Part shown: one piece after another, positions 1 to 13,500 of the stretch
How positions within the stretch are numbered: position 1 is the stretch's first letter
Layout: each line of letters starts with the position of its first letter
Assembly: GCA_964016885.1 (NCBI GenBank)
Contig: OZ024748.1
Coordinates: forward strand, 7,006,001 to 7,070,000
Direction: 5' to 3'
From: Eledone cirrhosa
Lineage: Eukaryota
Length of the DNA stretch: 64,000 nucleotides
Position numbers and translations under genes: made by a program
The notes under the pieces: generated by a model
The model's input: only the letters and a program-made list of their open reading frames with translations
The model's database searches: none
What the model was told of the DNA's origin: nothing

Positions 1-85
1 GATATATGTATGTATATATGTATTTATACGTATCTATATATACACAAAAACACACAAACACACACACACACACACAGACACACAC

Positions 86-117
<32 letters not shown>

Positions 118-118
118 G

Positions 119-174
<56 letters not shown>

Positions 175-279
175 TGTGTGTGTGTGTGTGCGTACGATGC
201 TCAAGCGCAAATGATAACTGCAAGTACAGTCAGTTGCTACACACACGCACAAACATACATATATATATATATGTACACA

Positions 280-343
<64 letters not shown>

Positions 344-756
344 GAGAGAGATAGAGGGGGATACACACTCAAAGTTACATATATTTAATATTCTTTATTG
401 AGAGAATTAATTCCGCTTATATATACATATATACATATATATAACAATTCCTTCAATATATATATATATATACACATACATACATATATACAGACGTCGA
501 TAGAAGGAGCAATCTGTAAGCTTAAAGGATGGTATTACTCTAGGATAATTATTATAGTAAGTAGATACTAAAACGACTATTAATGAAGAAGAATATTAAC
601 TAGTTACGTCTGGTTTTATGGCTTATTTACGGCTAACCGTAACAGTTTATATACGTTTTATTTCGTTTGACAATTTCGATAACTTACACAAGACAAAAAT
701 AAGATGTATAAAAACAATTAGAAAAACACATCAACAAAACACTTGCTTGATCATTG

Positions 757-837
<81 letters not shown>

Positions 838-974
838 TATATATAGATAGATATAGATATATAGATAGATAGATATATATAGTGAGAGAGAGAGAGAAAG
901 AGAGAGGGGGTTGTAAAGCCAATATGAATGGATACACACTCACTCGCACACAGACACACATATGTATACATATA

Positions 975-1163
975 TAATATAGAATAGACTTCTACAGGAC
1001 TAGAACTGTTTCATTCTGGAGAAATCATCAGGGCTTCCTGGTGATTTCTCCCGAATGAAACCGTTTTAGTCCTGTAGAAGCCATTTCTATATTAAATATT
1101 TATACTCGGCTATGTATTAAGTACCTTACTTTTTGTGGTTACCCCTGATTGAACCCGGGATAA
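975..1163 (+). mobile_element. Short palindromic hammerhead-containing element (family A), probable Penelope-like terminus
   Basis: Inverted arms ~975-1032 and 1037-1094. Plus strand reads GGCTTC-CTGGTGA...GAAAC...GTA-GAAGCC; the minus arm has intact CTGATGA...GAAACAG...CTGTA. Ends in (CA)/(TA)n. A second copy lies at 22138-22258. Confidence 0.7.
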
Positions 1164-1220
1164 ACACACATATATATATATATATATATATATGTATATC
1201 CCGGGTTTAATCAGGGGTAA

Positions 1221-1293
<73 letters not shown>

Positions 1294-1519
1294 TATATTT
1301 ATATATATATATATGTGTGTGTGTGTGTCTGTGTTTATCTGTGTGTATGTATAAGAGACTCTCCCTGAGTGTATTAAGCTGTGATCATGTCATAGATATC
1401 TAGGTAGCCGTGTGAGAATGCCAGACACGGGTTTCTGGATTTTGAATCTTCAATCCTTTTAGATACTCGGAAACATCAAATGTACATCGCATTAGGAGAG
1501 TAACATATATATTTAATTT

Positions 1520-1862
1520 ATATTTATTCCGTATTCCAAAATTATGAACCTTCTATAAGTAAACATAGTGGTAATTTATATATTTTAATAAATTTTCTTT
1601 GTAATATACTCAAAAACTCACCAAATTCGGAGATATTGTTAGCAAATACATTTTAGACGATTCACTTACCTGACGATTCACATCTTGTGTAAAACATCAA
1701 ATTATATCACTATAGATAACATAAAGATCATGCTAGCTCTTTCATGCTAATTACAATTAAGAACTTTCTAGGCGTTATCATTAAAAAACGGTCCAATCTC
1801 TCCTCAGATAGAAATATTTTCAACAAAGCCACACCCTATTATAATGAAGCATTAATCAAAAT
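1520..1862 (+). pseudogene. Degenerate Penelope-like RT C-terminal fragment
   Basis: ~1756-1860 translates IKNFLGVIIKKRSNLSSDRNIFNKATPYYNEALIK, resembling the PLE region between RT and the GIY-YIG domain (recognised by eye only). Confidence 0.45.
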
Positions 1863-2151
1863 TGTTGTTAACAAGTGGTTTCGATAATTTGTTCCTAACA
1901 AGTCCAGTGATCACGTAGAAGCCTCCTCATTAGAACGTTCACATTCAAAATAGTGGTATTATGCTTGTATCCCTAATCGATATATTGATATATCCTATGT
2001 ACTGAGAATTCACAAGTTCGAATCTTACCAGGGCATCATTAGCTTTCGTTCGTCCAGGGTCATTAAACATTTACCCATTAATAACTCTGCTTTCATTCAT
2101 GATTTAGTTCTACCCGGATTAAGCAAACCTAGGATTAAAAGCATTCCAGCT

Positions 2152-2215
<64 letters not shown>

Positions 2216-2219
<4 letters not shown>

Positions 2220-2385
2220 GGAGGTGAGTTTTATTGTACTACAATAAAGCAATGCAGATATCGGATAGGAAGCACTCTACAGTTTGTGGGACTGGAGTAT
2301 GCATAATATAAGATCAAAAGATGGTTAAAGGAGTTCCATATATTTTATATGGAACTCCTTTAACCATCTTTTGATCTTATATTAT
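2216..2385 (-). mobile_element. Short (TA)n-flanked element with a perfect 40-bp inverted repeat
   Basis: Arms 2303-2342 and 2346-2385 are exact reverse complements (3-nt spacer). The minus-strand tail actccagt...gagtgc...cctcctaca(ta)n resembles the family D tail. Confidence 0.6.
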
Positions 2386-2512
2386 ATATATATATATATA
2401 TAGGTTACAGGTTGTCAAAAAAAATGTATGAAAATGTATACACACTTCAACAGCATTCTAATACAAGTGTGTATACATTTATTGTTATGCATATACATGT
2501 GTGTGTCTCTGA

Positions 2513-2627
<115 letters not shown>

Positions 2628-2827
2628 CGTGTGCGTGTGTGTGTGTACAGAGAGAGGGGGAGTGTGAGAGGACTGAAGAATTCGAGGAAATAATGAATGG
2701 GGCTGAAAGAAGAAGAAAAAAAAGAAGGAAATATTTGAAAGAGAGAAATGAGTAAGTAGGATGAAAGAAAATAAAAGGAAGACACGAGGACAGGCTGTAG
2801 AGGACTTTAAAGGACGTATATAAATAA

Positions 2828-2902
<75 letters not shown>

Positions 2903-3788
2903 TAAATAAATAAATAAATAAATAAGAAATTTCTAAAAAAGAAAAAAAGAAGAAAGAGAATGGTTAAAGTGATAAAGAGAAAGAAGTAAGATGGAATATC
3001 GGAAGTAAAAAAAAAGGGGAAGTGAGATGAAAGAAGAAGAGAAAAGAAATTCCAATATTTATTGTCCATGGAGATATAAATTCAAGAGTTCTTTGAACTG
3101 AGTAAGAAGAGGAAGTAGAGACTTGAAAGACTCAAACACTCATATATTCTTCATGTCATCAACAGCATCAAAGAGGAGTTTTGTATAACCGCAGTTTGTA
3201 CAGTATAACCGGCTAGAAATAGCAGCTAAAATATTTCTGATATCGTTCTTAACTCATTTAATTATAACTATAATGTAGGAAGTGATATATGAAATAAGGC
3301 TAAACAATGTAAACTGGACGATAAGATAGAGGTAACAAGAAAGTTAGTTACCTGGTAATCTTTTGTTATTTTGTTGCTGTTGTTTCTTTCGTCCTAATAC
3401 TTCGGGAATTAAAGTCCCCTTCTTCAGAATATAAGGAACTCTCAGGAAAAAAAAATATTCCAGTCTCTTCTCTTTGGAATTAGATTTAGATTCTAGTTTT
3501 ACCAAAAGAAAAAAAATGCCTCTATAAGAGAACCTTGTCTGCGATAGTTTTGGGTCTACTATTTAAAAAAAAAGAACATTTTTTTCTCTTTGAAAGTCAG
3601 ATAGAACTCTTTGTGGTATTTGTTTCGGAGATCAAAGATCAAATTCCGCTGAGGTCAACTTTGATTTTCCTCCATCCGGGTTCAATAAATAATACACCTC
3701 TAAAGTACTTTCTTTTTCCTTCAGAATTGGTTATGTTGAGCTGTATGTGATTATGACTGTAGTCGATGTATTTTCTTGTAACTCACTC

Positions 3789-3819
<31 letters not shown>

Positions 3820-3868
3820 CTCTCTCTCCCTCTCTCTCTCTCTCTATATATATATATAGCTACCCCTA

Positions 3869-3902
<34 letters not shown>

Positions 3903-3935
3903 CACACATATACACATACATATATATATATACAT

Positions 3936-3966
<31 letters not shown>

Positions 3967-4168
3967 TATATATATGTATATATATGTATATATGTATATA
4001 CATATATGTGTATATACATATATGTGTATATATTTATATATGTGTGTGTGTGTGTGTATATATATATATAGCGAGAGAGAGAGCGAGAGAGGTAGAGAGA
4101 GAGATAAACAGACATAGAAGGAGGTGATATATATATATATATATATATGTGTGTGGTATTTGTATATG

Positions 4169-4245
<77 letters not shown>

Positions 4246-4514
4246 ACATACATACGTGTATTTGTGTGTGTATATATGTATGTGATAGTGTCCGTGTGTG
4301 TTTGTCTGTTGGTATAATGAAGGAAGCAATAAGATGGTTCCATCTGAGGCAATGTTACTCTGTAAAATTACTTTCCCCTCCATTTTGACGGTCAATTATC
4401 CGTGTTAACACGCCACATAACTGCACCTTGCCTCGCTGACCACTGCAAATATCTACACTTTTTATTGGAGATTTTTTTGTTTTTGTGTTTCTTTCACTTC
4501 TGCTGTTACACTAC

Positions 4515-5135
4515 CCACCATCATCATCATCATCATCATCTTCTTCTTTTTCTTCTTCTTCTTCTTCTTCTTCTTCTTCTTCTTCTTCAGCATCAGTACC
4601 ATTATCAGCATTATCATCGTTACTATTATAATCACCATCAACATCATTATCTTCGTTATCATTATCACCATCGTCACCATTTTCATCGCCATCATCATCA
4701 TCATCATCATCTTCATCGCCATCGTCATCATAATCATCGTCAACGTCGTCGTCGCCAATATCATCGTCATCGTCATCATCATCAGGGCCCATCACCGCCA
4801 TCAACATCATCATCATCATCATCGTCGTCATCATCAGAGCCATCATCCTCACCACCATCGCCATCGTCATCGCCATCACCACCATCACCACCATCATCAC
4901 CATCATCACCACCATCACCATCATCGCCATCGTCGCCATCATCACCATCATCACCACCATCATCATCATCGCCATCGTCACCACCATCACCATCATCGAC
5001 ATCACCACCATCATCAACATCGTCACCACAATCATCACCATCACCATCATCACCATCACCACCACAATCACCACAATCACCACAATCATCACCATCACCA
5101 TCACCATCACCATCATCATCATCGTCATCGTCATA
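4515..5135. repeat. (CAT/CAC/CTT)n compound trinucleotide tract
   Basis: Direct inspection. Confidence 0.9.
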
Positions 5136-5409
5136 GCCATTATTATAATTTCCTTCTTTCATTTTCTTTTCTGTTTTTATTACATTTTTGTTATTTTCTG
5201 TTCCTATTTTATCCCAAGACTCAACTAATTTACAATAATGGTTGTGTTGCGACAATCTGTTACCAGAGCAAAGACTTGTATTGTGGTGAATAATACCTGA
5301 GAGAGGGGGGGAGAGAGAGAGAAGGGGGGGGGATGGATAAAGAGTTAGTTAGATAGATACATGCATACATACTTCTCTCTCTCTCTCTCACTCTCTCCCT
5401 AAACATCAT

Positions 5410-5488
<79 letters not shown>

Positions 5489-5490
<2 letters not shown>

Positions 5491-5579
5491 TTTCCCCCAT
5501 GTATGCATACTTCAACAGCATTGTAATGAATATTGCCTGTACAGGTAATCAAAGTGTGTATATATTTTGGGGGACACCT

Positions 5580-5583
<4 letters not shown>
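5489..5583. mobile_element. ~100-bp Tc1/mariner-type MITE
   Basis: Right terminus ...tttgggggacaccttgTA; the same internal sequence cttcaacagcatt...acaggtaatcaaag occurs at 23590-23690, and a partial copy at 2406-2481. Confidence 0.6.
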
Positions 5584-5634
<51 letters not shown>

Positions 5635-6237
5635 CACTCTTCAAGAATCGAAAATGGTCACCTAAAAAAAAGATAATATAATAAAGGAACAACTGTCACA
5701 GTGATATGTTTTATAAGTAAACTACAACAAACACATGAGGAGATAATCAAAGGTTTATAGGTTCCATAGAAAACTTATGTACGCTCATGAAAACGTTTAG
5801 TTAAATCGCTCCAACAGAGAGGACCCTTTAGTATACTTTACGTCTTTGCACTTGTCATAGAGTTACCTGAATTTCAACACCTGTTCTGCTTACCTATTAT
5901 ATTGGATAGAGCCACCCGTTGTGCGATTTACAGATTGGGATTTACGGATCCAAAGCCCGTATTGTCTTTGTCGTACATCGCAGTAAGACTTTTTTCAAGT
6001 CAGAGCAAATACTGTTTGGGTATGGGAGATGAAATAAGAGGTGTCCAGGTGAGGAGTTTGGGAAAGTAGGCATTATAACTACATTGTATTAACAGGTAAA
6101 TTCTACTTTAGTATCATGCACATTTTCACAACAATCTCTCCACTAGTAAAGATACAATTTAAAAAAAAAAACGTTTAAGAATTAACAAATGAATTTCGAA
6201 TTAACAAAACTGTTTTCAGTTATTTTAAAATAAATAA

Positions 6238-6418
6238 TAATTGTTTCTACTTTTGGCACAAGGCCAGCAATTACCCAATGCATTACTGGTACTTTATTTT
6301 ATCGACTCCGTAAGGATGAAAGGCAAAGTTAACCTCAGCAGGATTTGAACTCAGATCAGAAAGGGGCGTAACTCTGTGCTGCAAAGCATGTTGTCCGACC
6401 CTCTACCGATACTGCCAA
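6238..6418 (-). mobile_element. tRNA-derived SINE (family 1)
   Basis: Reverse complement of ggcagtatcggtagag (A-box-like)...gagttcaaatcc (B-box)...gcctttcatccttacgg.gtcgataaaataaagtaccag...gctggccttgtgccaaaagtagaaacaa(tta)n. Confidence 0.85.
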
Positions 6419-6423
6419 ACTAC

Positions 6424-7125
6424 AAATAATAATGAAATTTAATGTGAGCAGTGCTCAGGTGCACTACAGCTAATGAAAGGTGCATGTATAGTACATAGAA
6501 TAATGTACAAATGTCAGGAAAGTGAACAGTGTATGATATACACACAGACACACACACATACGTGCGTGTGTACGGAGGAGGAATATCAGGTGTAGTGTTG
6601 GCGAATTTATGGAAGCATGGACATTTTGAAGGATGCAGTATCGTGACAGCTAACATCTGATGCAGATAGTTTGTTCCATGCTTCAGCAACTCTGAACATG
6701 AAAAAAATATTTCCGAAAGTCATTGGAGCTGTGCTGTTTTCTGATTTTAATAATAATAATAATGAAATATTGTGTACAGTGCTCAGGTGCACTACAACTC
6801 ATCAAAAAGTGTATGTATAGTACATAGGGTAATGTACAAACGTCAGGAAAATGAACAGTGCATGAGTCATGATATACACATGTGTGCATGTGTATGGAAG
6901 GGGTACATCAGGTGTAGTTTTGGCGAATTTCGGGAAGCATGAGGGTTTTAAAGGATGCAGTGTCTCGGCAGCTAACAAATGACGCAGGCAATTTGTTCCA
7001 TGCTCATGGGAGCTGTGCTGTTTGTTCCATGAATCATGGGAGCTGTGCTGTTTTCTGATTTTGTAGGCTTGTCCACGTGTGTTAGACACATGGAGATCAA
7101 AAAGGTGCTCAGGGTTGTTGCTAAG
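6424..7125 (-). mobile_element. Two tandem 5'-truncated CR1-type LINE 3' ends (6424-6748 and 6749-7125)
   Basis: Minus frames give TRGQAYKIRKQHSS...RKYFF...RVAEAWNKL..S.VS, a CR1 ORF2 C-terminus. The 3'UTR is duplicated and each copy ends in (TTA)n. Confidence 0.8.
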
Positions 7126-7494
7126 TCATTACAAGATGTTACAAATTAAGGGAGATTTTGGCTACTATCTGTTGAATGTAGAACGGCAGTGTATAAACAA
7201 CTCCCTTTATTGACTTGTAGAACAACAGCAACAACAATAGCAACATCATCAGCAATAGACAGTGTTGTAGCACCTGTGTTTTACATAATATTTAATGATG
7301 TATATAATTTCAGAAGGTCAGGAAATTGCACCACCACCATCTTCTTCTTCTTCTTCTCTAAGATATCTGATAAACTACCAACTTATCTTCTGTGGTAGCT
7401 GTAAGGAGCTACCTAAGTACTTATCAGGGCAGGGTTTTTCATCTTACACAACCCCTTCCTTCAGACCCCCTTTGCATTCTTATCATCTTCCTTT

Positions 7495-7670
7495 CCACAT
7501 CATCGTCCTCCTCCTCCTCCCATTCATCATCATCACCATCATTACCATCATCATCATCATCATCACGATCACCATCATCATCATCACGATCACCATCATC
7601 ATCATCATTATCATCATCATCATTCACATCATCACCATCATCACCACCATCATCATCGTCATCATCATCG

Positions 7671-7718
<48 letters not shown>

Positions 7719-7785
7719 CCACCATCATCATCATCATCATCACCATCACCATCATCATCATCACCATCATCAATAACATCACTAT
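7495..7785. repeat. (CAT)n-rich tract
   Basis: Direct inspection. Confidence 0.9.
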
Positions 7786-8129
7786 TATGAGTTTTATCCT
7801 TCGTTTTCTCCTCTCACCCCATGCTACAACTACTCCCTACTCAGTTACCAAACCCAAACACGAGACACCCCAGACAACTCACCCACCGGACGCCCCAGAC
7901 ACCCTGTCACCACATCCACCCAACCACAATACTCCCCACCGAACCTCCACACTACACCCATGTACCATAGCCCCTAGCCAGCCCCTACACCACAACCCCA
8001 CCACCCTTATTATACAATTATACAATTAATTTATCTCATCAACTCTGATATGATATCAGCCATATTTACCTTATGGCAGCTTTATTAACTTTGTATAGAG
8101 TTTTGGGGGGAGTGTTTGGTTGTTTTGTT

Positions 8130-9290
8130 AAATGTGTGTTGGGTGTTGTGGTGTGGTGTGGTGTGGTGTGTTGTGTTGGGTGTTGTGGTGTGGTGTGGTG
8201 TGTGTTGTGGTGTGTGTTGTGGTGTGTTGGGTGGTGTGTTGTGGTGTGGTGTGGTGTGTTGGGTGTTGTGTGGTGTGTTGGGTGGTGTGGTGTGTTGTGT
8301 TGGGTGTTGTGGTGTGGTGTGGTGTGTGGTGTGGTGTGTTGGGTGTGTTGGGTGTTGTGGTGTGTTGTGTTGTGGTGTGTAGTGTGTTGTGGCGTGGTGT
8401 GTTGTGGTGTGTTGGGTGGTGTGGTGTGTAGTGTTGGGTGTTGTGGTGTGGTGTGGTGTGTTGGGTGTTGTGTGGTGTGTTGGGTGGTGTGGTGTGTTGT
8501 GTTGGGTGTTGTGGTGTGGTGTGGTGTGTGGTGTGGTGTGGTGTGTTGGGTGTGTTGGGTGTTGTGGTGTGTTGTGGTGTGTAGTGTGTTGTGGCGTGGT
8601 GTGTTGTGGTGTGTTGGGTGTTGTTGTGCGTTGTGGTGTGGTGTGTGTGTTGTGTGGTGTGGTGTGTTGTGTGTTGTGTGATGTGTTGGGTGGTGTGGTG
8701 TGTTGTGTGTTGCGGTGTGTGGTGTGGTGTGTTGTGTGGTGTGGTGTGCGGTGTGTTATGGTGTGGTGTGGTGTGTTGTGGTGTGTGTCGTGGTGTGTTG
8801 GGTGGTATGTTGTGGTGTGTGGTGTGTGGTGTGTTGTGATGTGGTGTGTGTTGTGGTGTGTTGTGGTGTGGTGTGTGGTGTGTTGTGTGGTGTGTTGGGT
8901 GGTGTGGTGTGGTGTGATGTGTGATGTGTGTTGTGGTGTGTGTTGTGGTGTTGTGTGTTGTGGGGTGTGGTGTGTTGTGTGTTGTGGTGTGAGATGTGTG
9001 GTGTGGTGTGTGCTGTGGTGTGTGTTGTGGTGTGCGGTGTGTTGTGTGGTATGGTGTGTTGTGTGTTGTGTGGTGTGTTGTGGTGTGCGGTGTGTTGTGT
9101 TGTGGTGTAGTGTGTTGTGTTGTGTTGTGGTGTGCGGTGTGTTGTGTTGTAGTGTAGTGTGATGTGTTGTGTTGTGGTGTGTGTTGTGTTGTGTTGTAGT
9201 GTAGTGTGTTGTGTTATGGTGTGGTGTGTTGTGTTGTTGTGTAGTGTGTTGTGCTGAGTTGTGGTGTGTTGTGTCAGTCCGATGTGATGT
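8130..9290. repeat. (GTGTG/GTGTT)n compound repeat
   Basis: Direct inspection; ~1.1 kb almost entirely G and T on the plus strand. Confidence 0.9.
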
Positions 9291-9732
9291 GTTGTGCTCG
9301 TGTGTGTCATGTATTATGTCTATTGACGTCTATATATATCTATGTTGCATCTGTGTGTCTGTGTGTGTGAGTGTGTGTGTGTGTGTGTGTCTGAGTCTGT
9401 GTGTATGTGTGTATATGTATGTGTGTATATGTATGTGTGTGTATCTGTGTCTGTGTATGTATGTGTATGTGTCTGTACACATGTATAATGGCCATAACCT
9501 GCCTCTTCTACATTTGGAAACTATAAGAGTCACTGGAGGCTTCATCAGATCCAAAGATAAATGTTATCTAAATAGTCACGTGACCAAAACACTGCTGCTG
9601 GAACAGCTTCACTTTACTGCGTGTATATATATATGTGTGTGTCTGTGTGTGTGTGTGTTTGTATGTGTGTGTGCGTATATATATATATATACATACACAC
9701 ACACATACATACATATATATATATATATACAA

Positions 9733-9829
<97 letters not shown>

Positions 9830-9874
9830 GACATACATACATACATACATATATATATATATATATGTGTGTAC

Positions 9875-10045
<171 letters not shown>

Positions 10046-10584
10046 ATGGTGTCGTCTGCATTGTTCCACTCTTACTCACTCTTGAAATAAACAAATATAG
10101 AAATAAAGAAATATTGTAAAATAATAAACAAATAAAACTAGTTTATGTTGATTGAACAGGAGTAAATCATGGTTGTTGTTGTGGTTGTTGTTGTGGTTGT
10201 TGTTGTTGTGGTTGTTGTTGTGGTTGTTGATTGTAGATTTATTTAGATTGTTTGGGTTTTTTGTTTAGCTTTGGTTTCTGGGATTTCATATACGTAACCA
10301 GACTGAAAAAAAACATAGGTAGATAGATAGATAGATAGATAGATATATTTCTTTATTAGCCACAGGGGCACAAAAGAAGGGGACAAATACAAAGGGGGAA
10401 GTTTACATACAATAAAAACGTGTAAAATGTTATCACAGATGGAATTTAAAAGTTAGTCGATTTTCCCCAATAGAGGGAGACAGTTTATATGGGTAACACA
10501 GACCCCCGAAAAAAATGTGCAACCCTCATCTCCAGGAGTACGAAGAGCTTGTACTCCTTTCCTCTCCTCCTCCTTTTCCTCAAC

Positions 10585-13500
10585 CTACAGGCTGATATAG
10601 AGAGAAGGCCCATTCACTCGGGCCATTCTCGCCACTTTCACCCACCTTTCATAAAACTTGCTGGGGTACAGCACCTCTCTCTCCATCCTGATTCTTCTTC
10701 CAAAGTGGTATTTGAAAAAAAGAATCAGTTGTTGGCCGGAGAGAAAGGTGTCTGACCTCAGCCCTTTCAACCTTGTCCACCATACAACCTCTTTCGCCAT
10801 AGCTATCACACAAAGGAAAACCGCCTCTCCTTCGTTTTTGAAGGAGGGTGGCGGTTTGATCATGACAATGGACTCGGTGGTCAACTGGATTGGTCCCACC
10901 CGCGACAATAGTCGTTCCACATAGCCCCACAGGTCAGTGACGCCCGGGCAGTGTATGAATGCGTGCGCGACGGTTTCTTCGTCTCGCACGCACCTCGGAC
11001 AGATCTTTTTTGCAGGGTCCCTGCCCGGGCGCCCATGTCTGTAGAGCTTGTCTCGAACTGGTAGAGCTCCTCGGTAGCACTGCCAGGCCAGGGACTTTTG
11101 GAAGTTGTCCATCGGTCCCGGGCGGAAGGTCCTACCGTACAGACTGGCCAGTTCATCTTCCTCCACGCCTAGAGTTTCACCGAGCGCGTCGTCGCACTTG
11201 CTGCGGACCAACCCTCTATAGAATGACGAAGTGGAGTCTCCACTGATCGCCGGGTCCGCCTGCCAGAGGGCTGTGAGCGCCTGAGCACATTCGATGTGCC
11301 AGTCGCCCATTTTCCTCGGTCTCTGCTTGACCCAGGACTGCAGCTCGGTCAGCGAGACGAGTCGTGGGAAGGCTCGCCTCACGAACGGGGCCCACACCGG
11401 TTGTCCGGTGAGGAATACGTAGAGATGCCGCAGCCTGAGCGCGTGTTTGCGCATCGTCAACCACGGCATCCCCAGCCCTCCGTTAGAAGGGTGTTGGCAG
11501 CAGATGGATCTTCTTACCAAAGGAGCCCGCCTCTTCCAAAGGAATCGGAAGAGGGCGCGCTCCATTTTGGCGAGCGTTTTGGCTGGACAAGGCACGACGG
11601 TCAAGCGGTAGTAGATGGCGGACGCTATAAAAGTGTTCGCCACCTCCGCTCGACCTTTCAAGGATAGTTTGCACTCGGCCCACTTCTGGGTGAGTGCAAA
11701 CACCTTGGCCGTCACTTCGTTCCAGTTCTTCTCCACCTGGAGGTCCGGACCAAACCAGACCCCGAGCAGCTTTACCGGTCCTTCCGTCCAGCGTCCGACG
11801 ACGCCATCGGAAGGCATCGGTCTGCCTCTCCACGATCCGAGTTGCAAACCGATGGACTTGTCCCGGTTCAGCTTCGCTCCTGTGAGACTTTCGTATTCCT
11901 TTAGTAAGGTGCCGACTTCCTCGATTTGCGAGGCGCTCGACACCATTACTGTCACGTCGTCGGCGTAGGCCGACGCCGCTTTCCGCAGTCCCGGTTCCAG
12001 AGGGATGCCCTGCAATAGCTCCAGCTTCCGCAGTAGTGGCTCGAGAGTCAGTACGTACAGAAGGGAGGAGAGAGGGCATCCCTGTCGAATGGATCGCGTA
12101 ATATGGAACGGCTCCGAGAGGTAACCGTTCACCTTGACCCTTGAGCAGATGTTGCTGTTGTGCATTGCAGCAATCCAGCCCCTGAACACGGGTCCGAAGC
12201 CTGCCGCCTCGAGCACCGCATCCAGGTAACGATGGTCAACCCTATCGAAAGCCTTAGACTGATCCAAGTTGATCAGGGCCCCACCGAAGCCGGGTTTACA
12301 CCCTACCCTCTCTATGATGTATCGCATGAGGTGGAGGTTGTCGTGTATGGACCTGGTCGGGATCGCGCATGTCTGCGCTTCTCCCACCAGGTTCTCGACG
12401 ACAAGCGCCAGCCTCTTTGCCAACACCTTGGCCAAAATCTGTAACTCTGTGTTTAGCAGAGTTATGGGCCGGAAGTTGCCTATGTCATCCCCCTTATTCT
12501 CGTCCTTCCTGATTAGTGTGACCACGCCCCCGGTTACAGAATTGGGAATTCTCCCGTTCTGTTGCCAGTTGCAGTAGACCGCTTCCAGGAGACCGGAGAA
12601 TAAGTCCGGCATTGCTACGTAAAATTCGTAGGGTAGACCGTCGAGACCTGGAGATTTGCGTTTGCCGCATTGGCTCAGCGCGTCCCCTATCTCAGTGGCT
12701 GAAATCGGCTTTTCGCAGAACTTCGCCTCGCTGTCCGAGAGTCGCGGTAGGCCGTCGAGGTATGGACCGAAATCCATAGCCTCTCCCGGCGCGCCGCTCC
12801 CCCCGAACAGCCGAGCAAAGTGCCGCTGAAAAGCCGCACACATCTGCTTCGGCTCACGTATCACGCGTCCGTTTTGGTCCTTCAAAGACCGAATCGTGGA
12901 CTTGTTGCCACTTTTTGCCTCCGTCACTCGGGCCCAGCTAACAGCTTTGGCTCCCTCGTTTCCCAGAGCACGTATTTTGCTTCTGACAACGCAGCCCTCG
13001 TGCTTTGCGTCGAAGAACTGGTCCAAGGCCGTTCTCGTTGCTAGCACGCTGGCTACGTTGCCACTTCTAATAGCCTCTTCTACTTTATCTACCAGTTCCT
13101 TCTCGGTTCTATTTCTATCTAACGCTAATTCTTTACTAAAAACTATCGAGTCTAATCTAACTGCCCTCTTGAGAGAGTACCACCATCTGTTGTTGACAAT
13201 GGCCCCTGTCAAGTGCTGTTTAACTAAAGTGCTAATCCGTCTACTGTAGGCTTTGCTTGTCGGTAACGACAAGTTCAGCTTCCAGTAGCCGGGTCCTTGT
13301 CTATGGGTTCTATCAAGGTTGGCCATGCAGGTCACTAGTTTGTGATCTGAATAGGCAACCATGAACATTTGTGGACAGCTTAACATGTCCCTATCCTTAT
13401 TTCTAACTAGAACCCTATCTAGGTACGATCTAGATGTTCCGCTACGATTACTCCACGTCCACAGTGGCGCAGTCGGAAAATCTAGTCGATATCTATCGGC

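Noticed and set aside
4402-5255. His/Ser/Pro- or Asp/Gly-rich ORFs
   Set aside because: Open in several frames on both strands; a trinucleotide repeat tract.
8073-9310. Cys/Val/Trp-rich ORFs resembling keratin-associated or metallothionein proteins
   Set aside because: Produced by a GT pentamer repeat.
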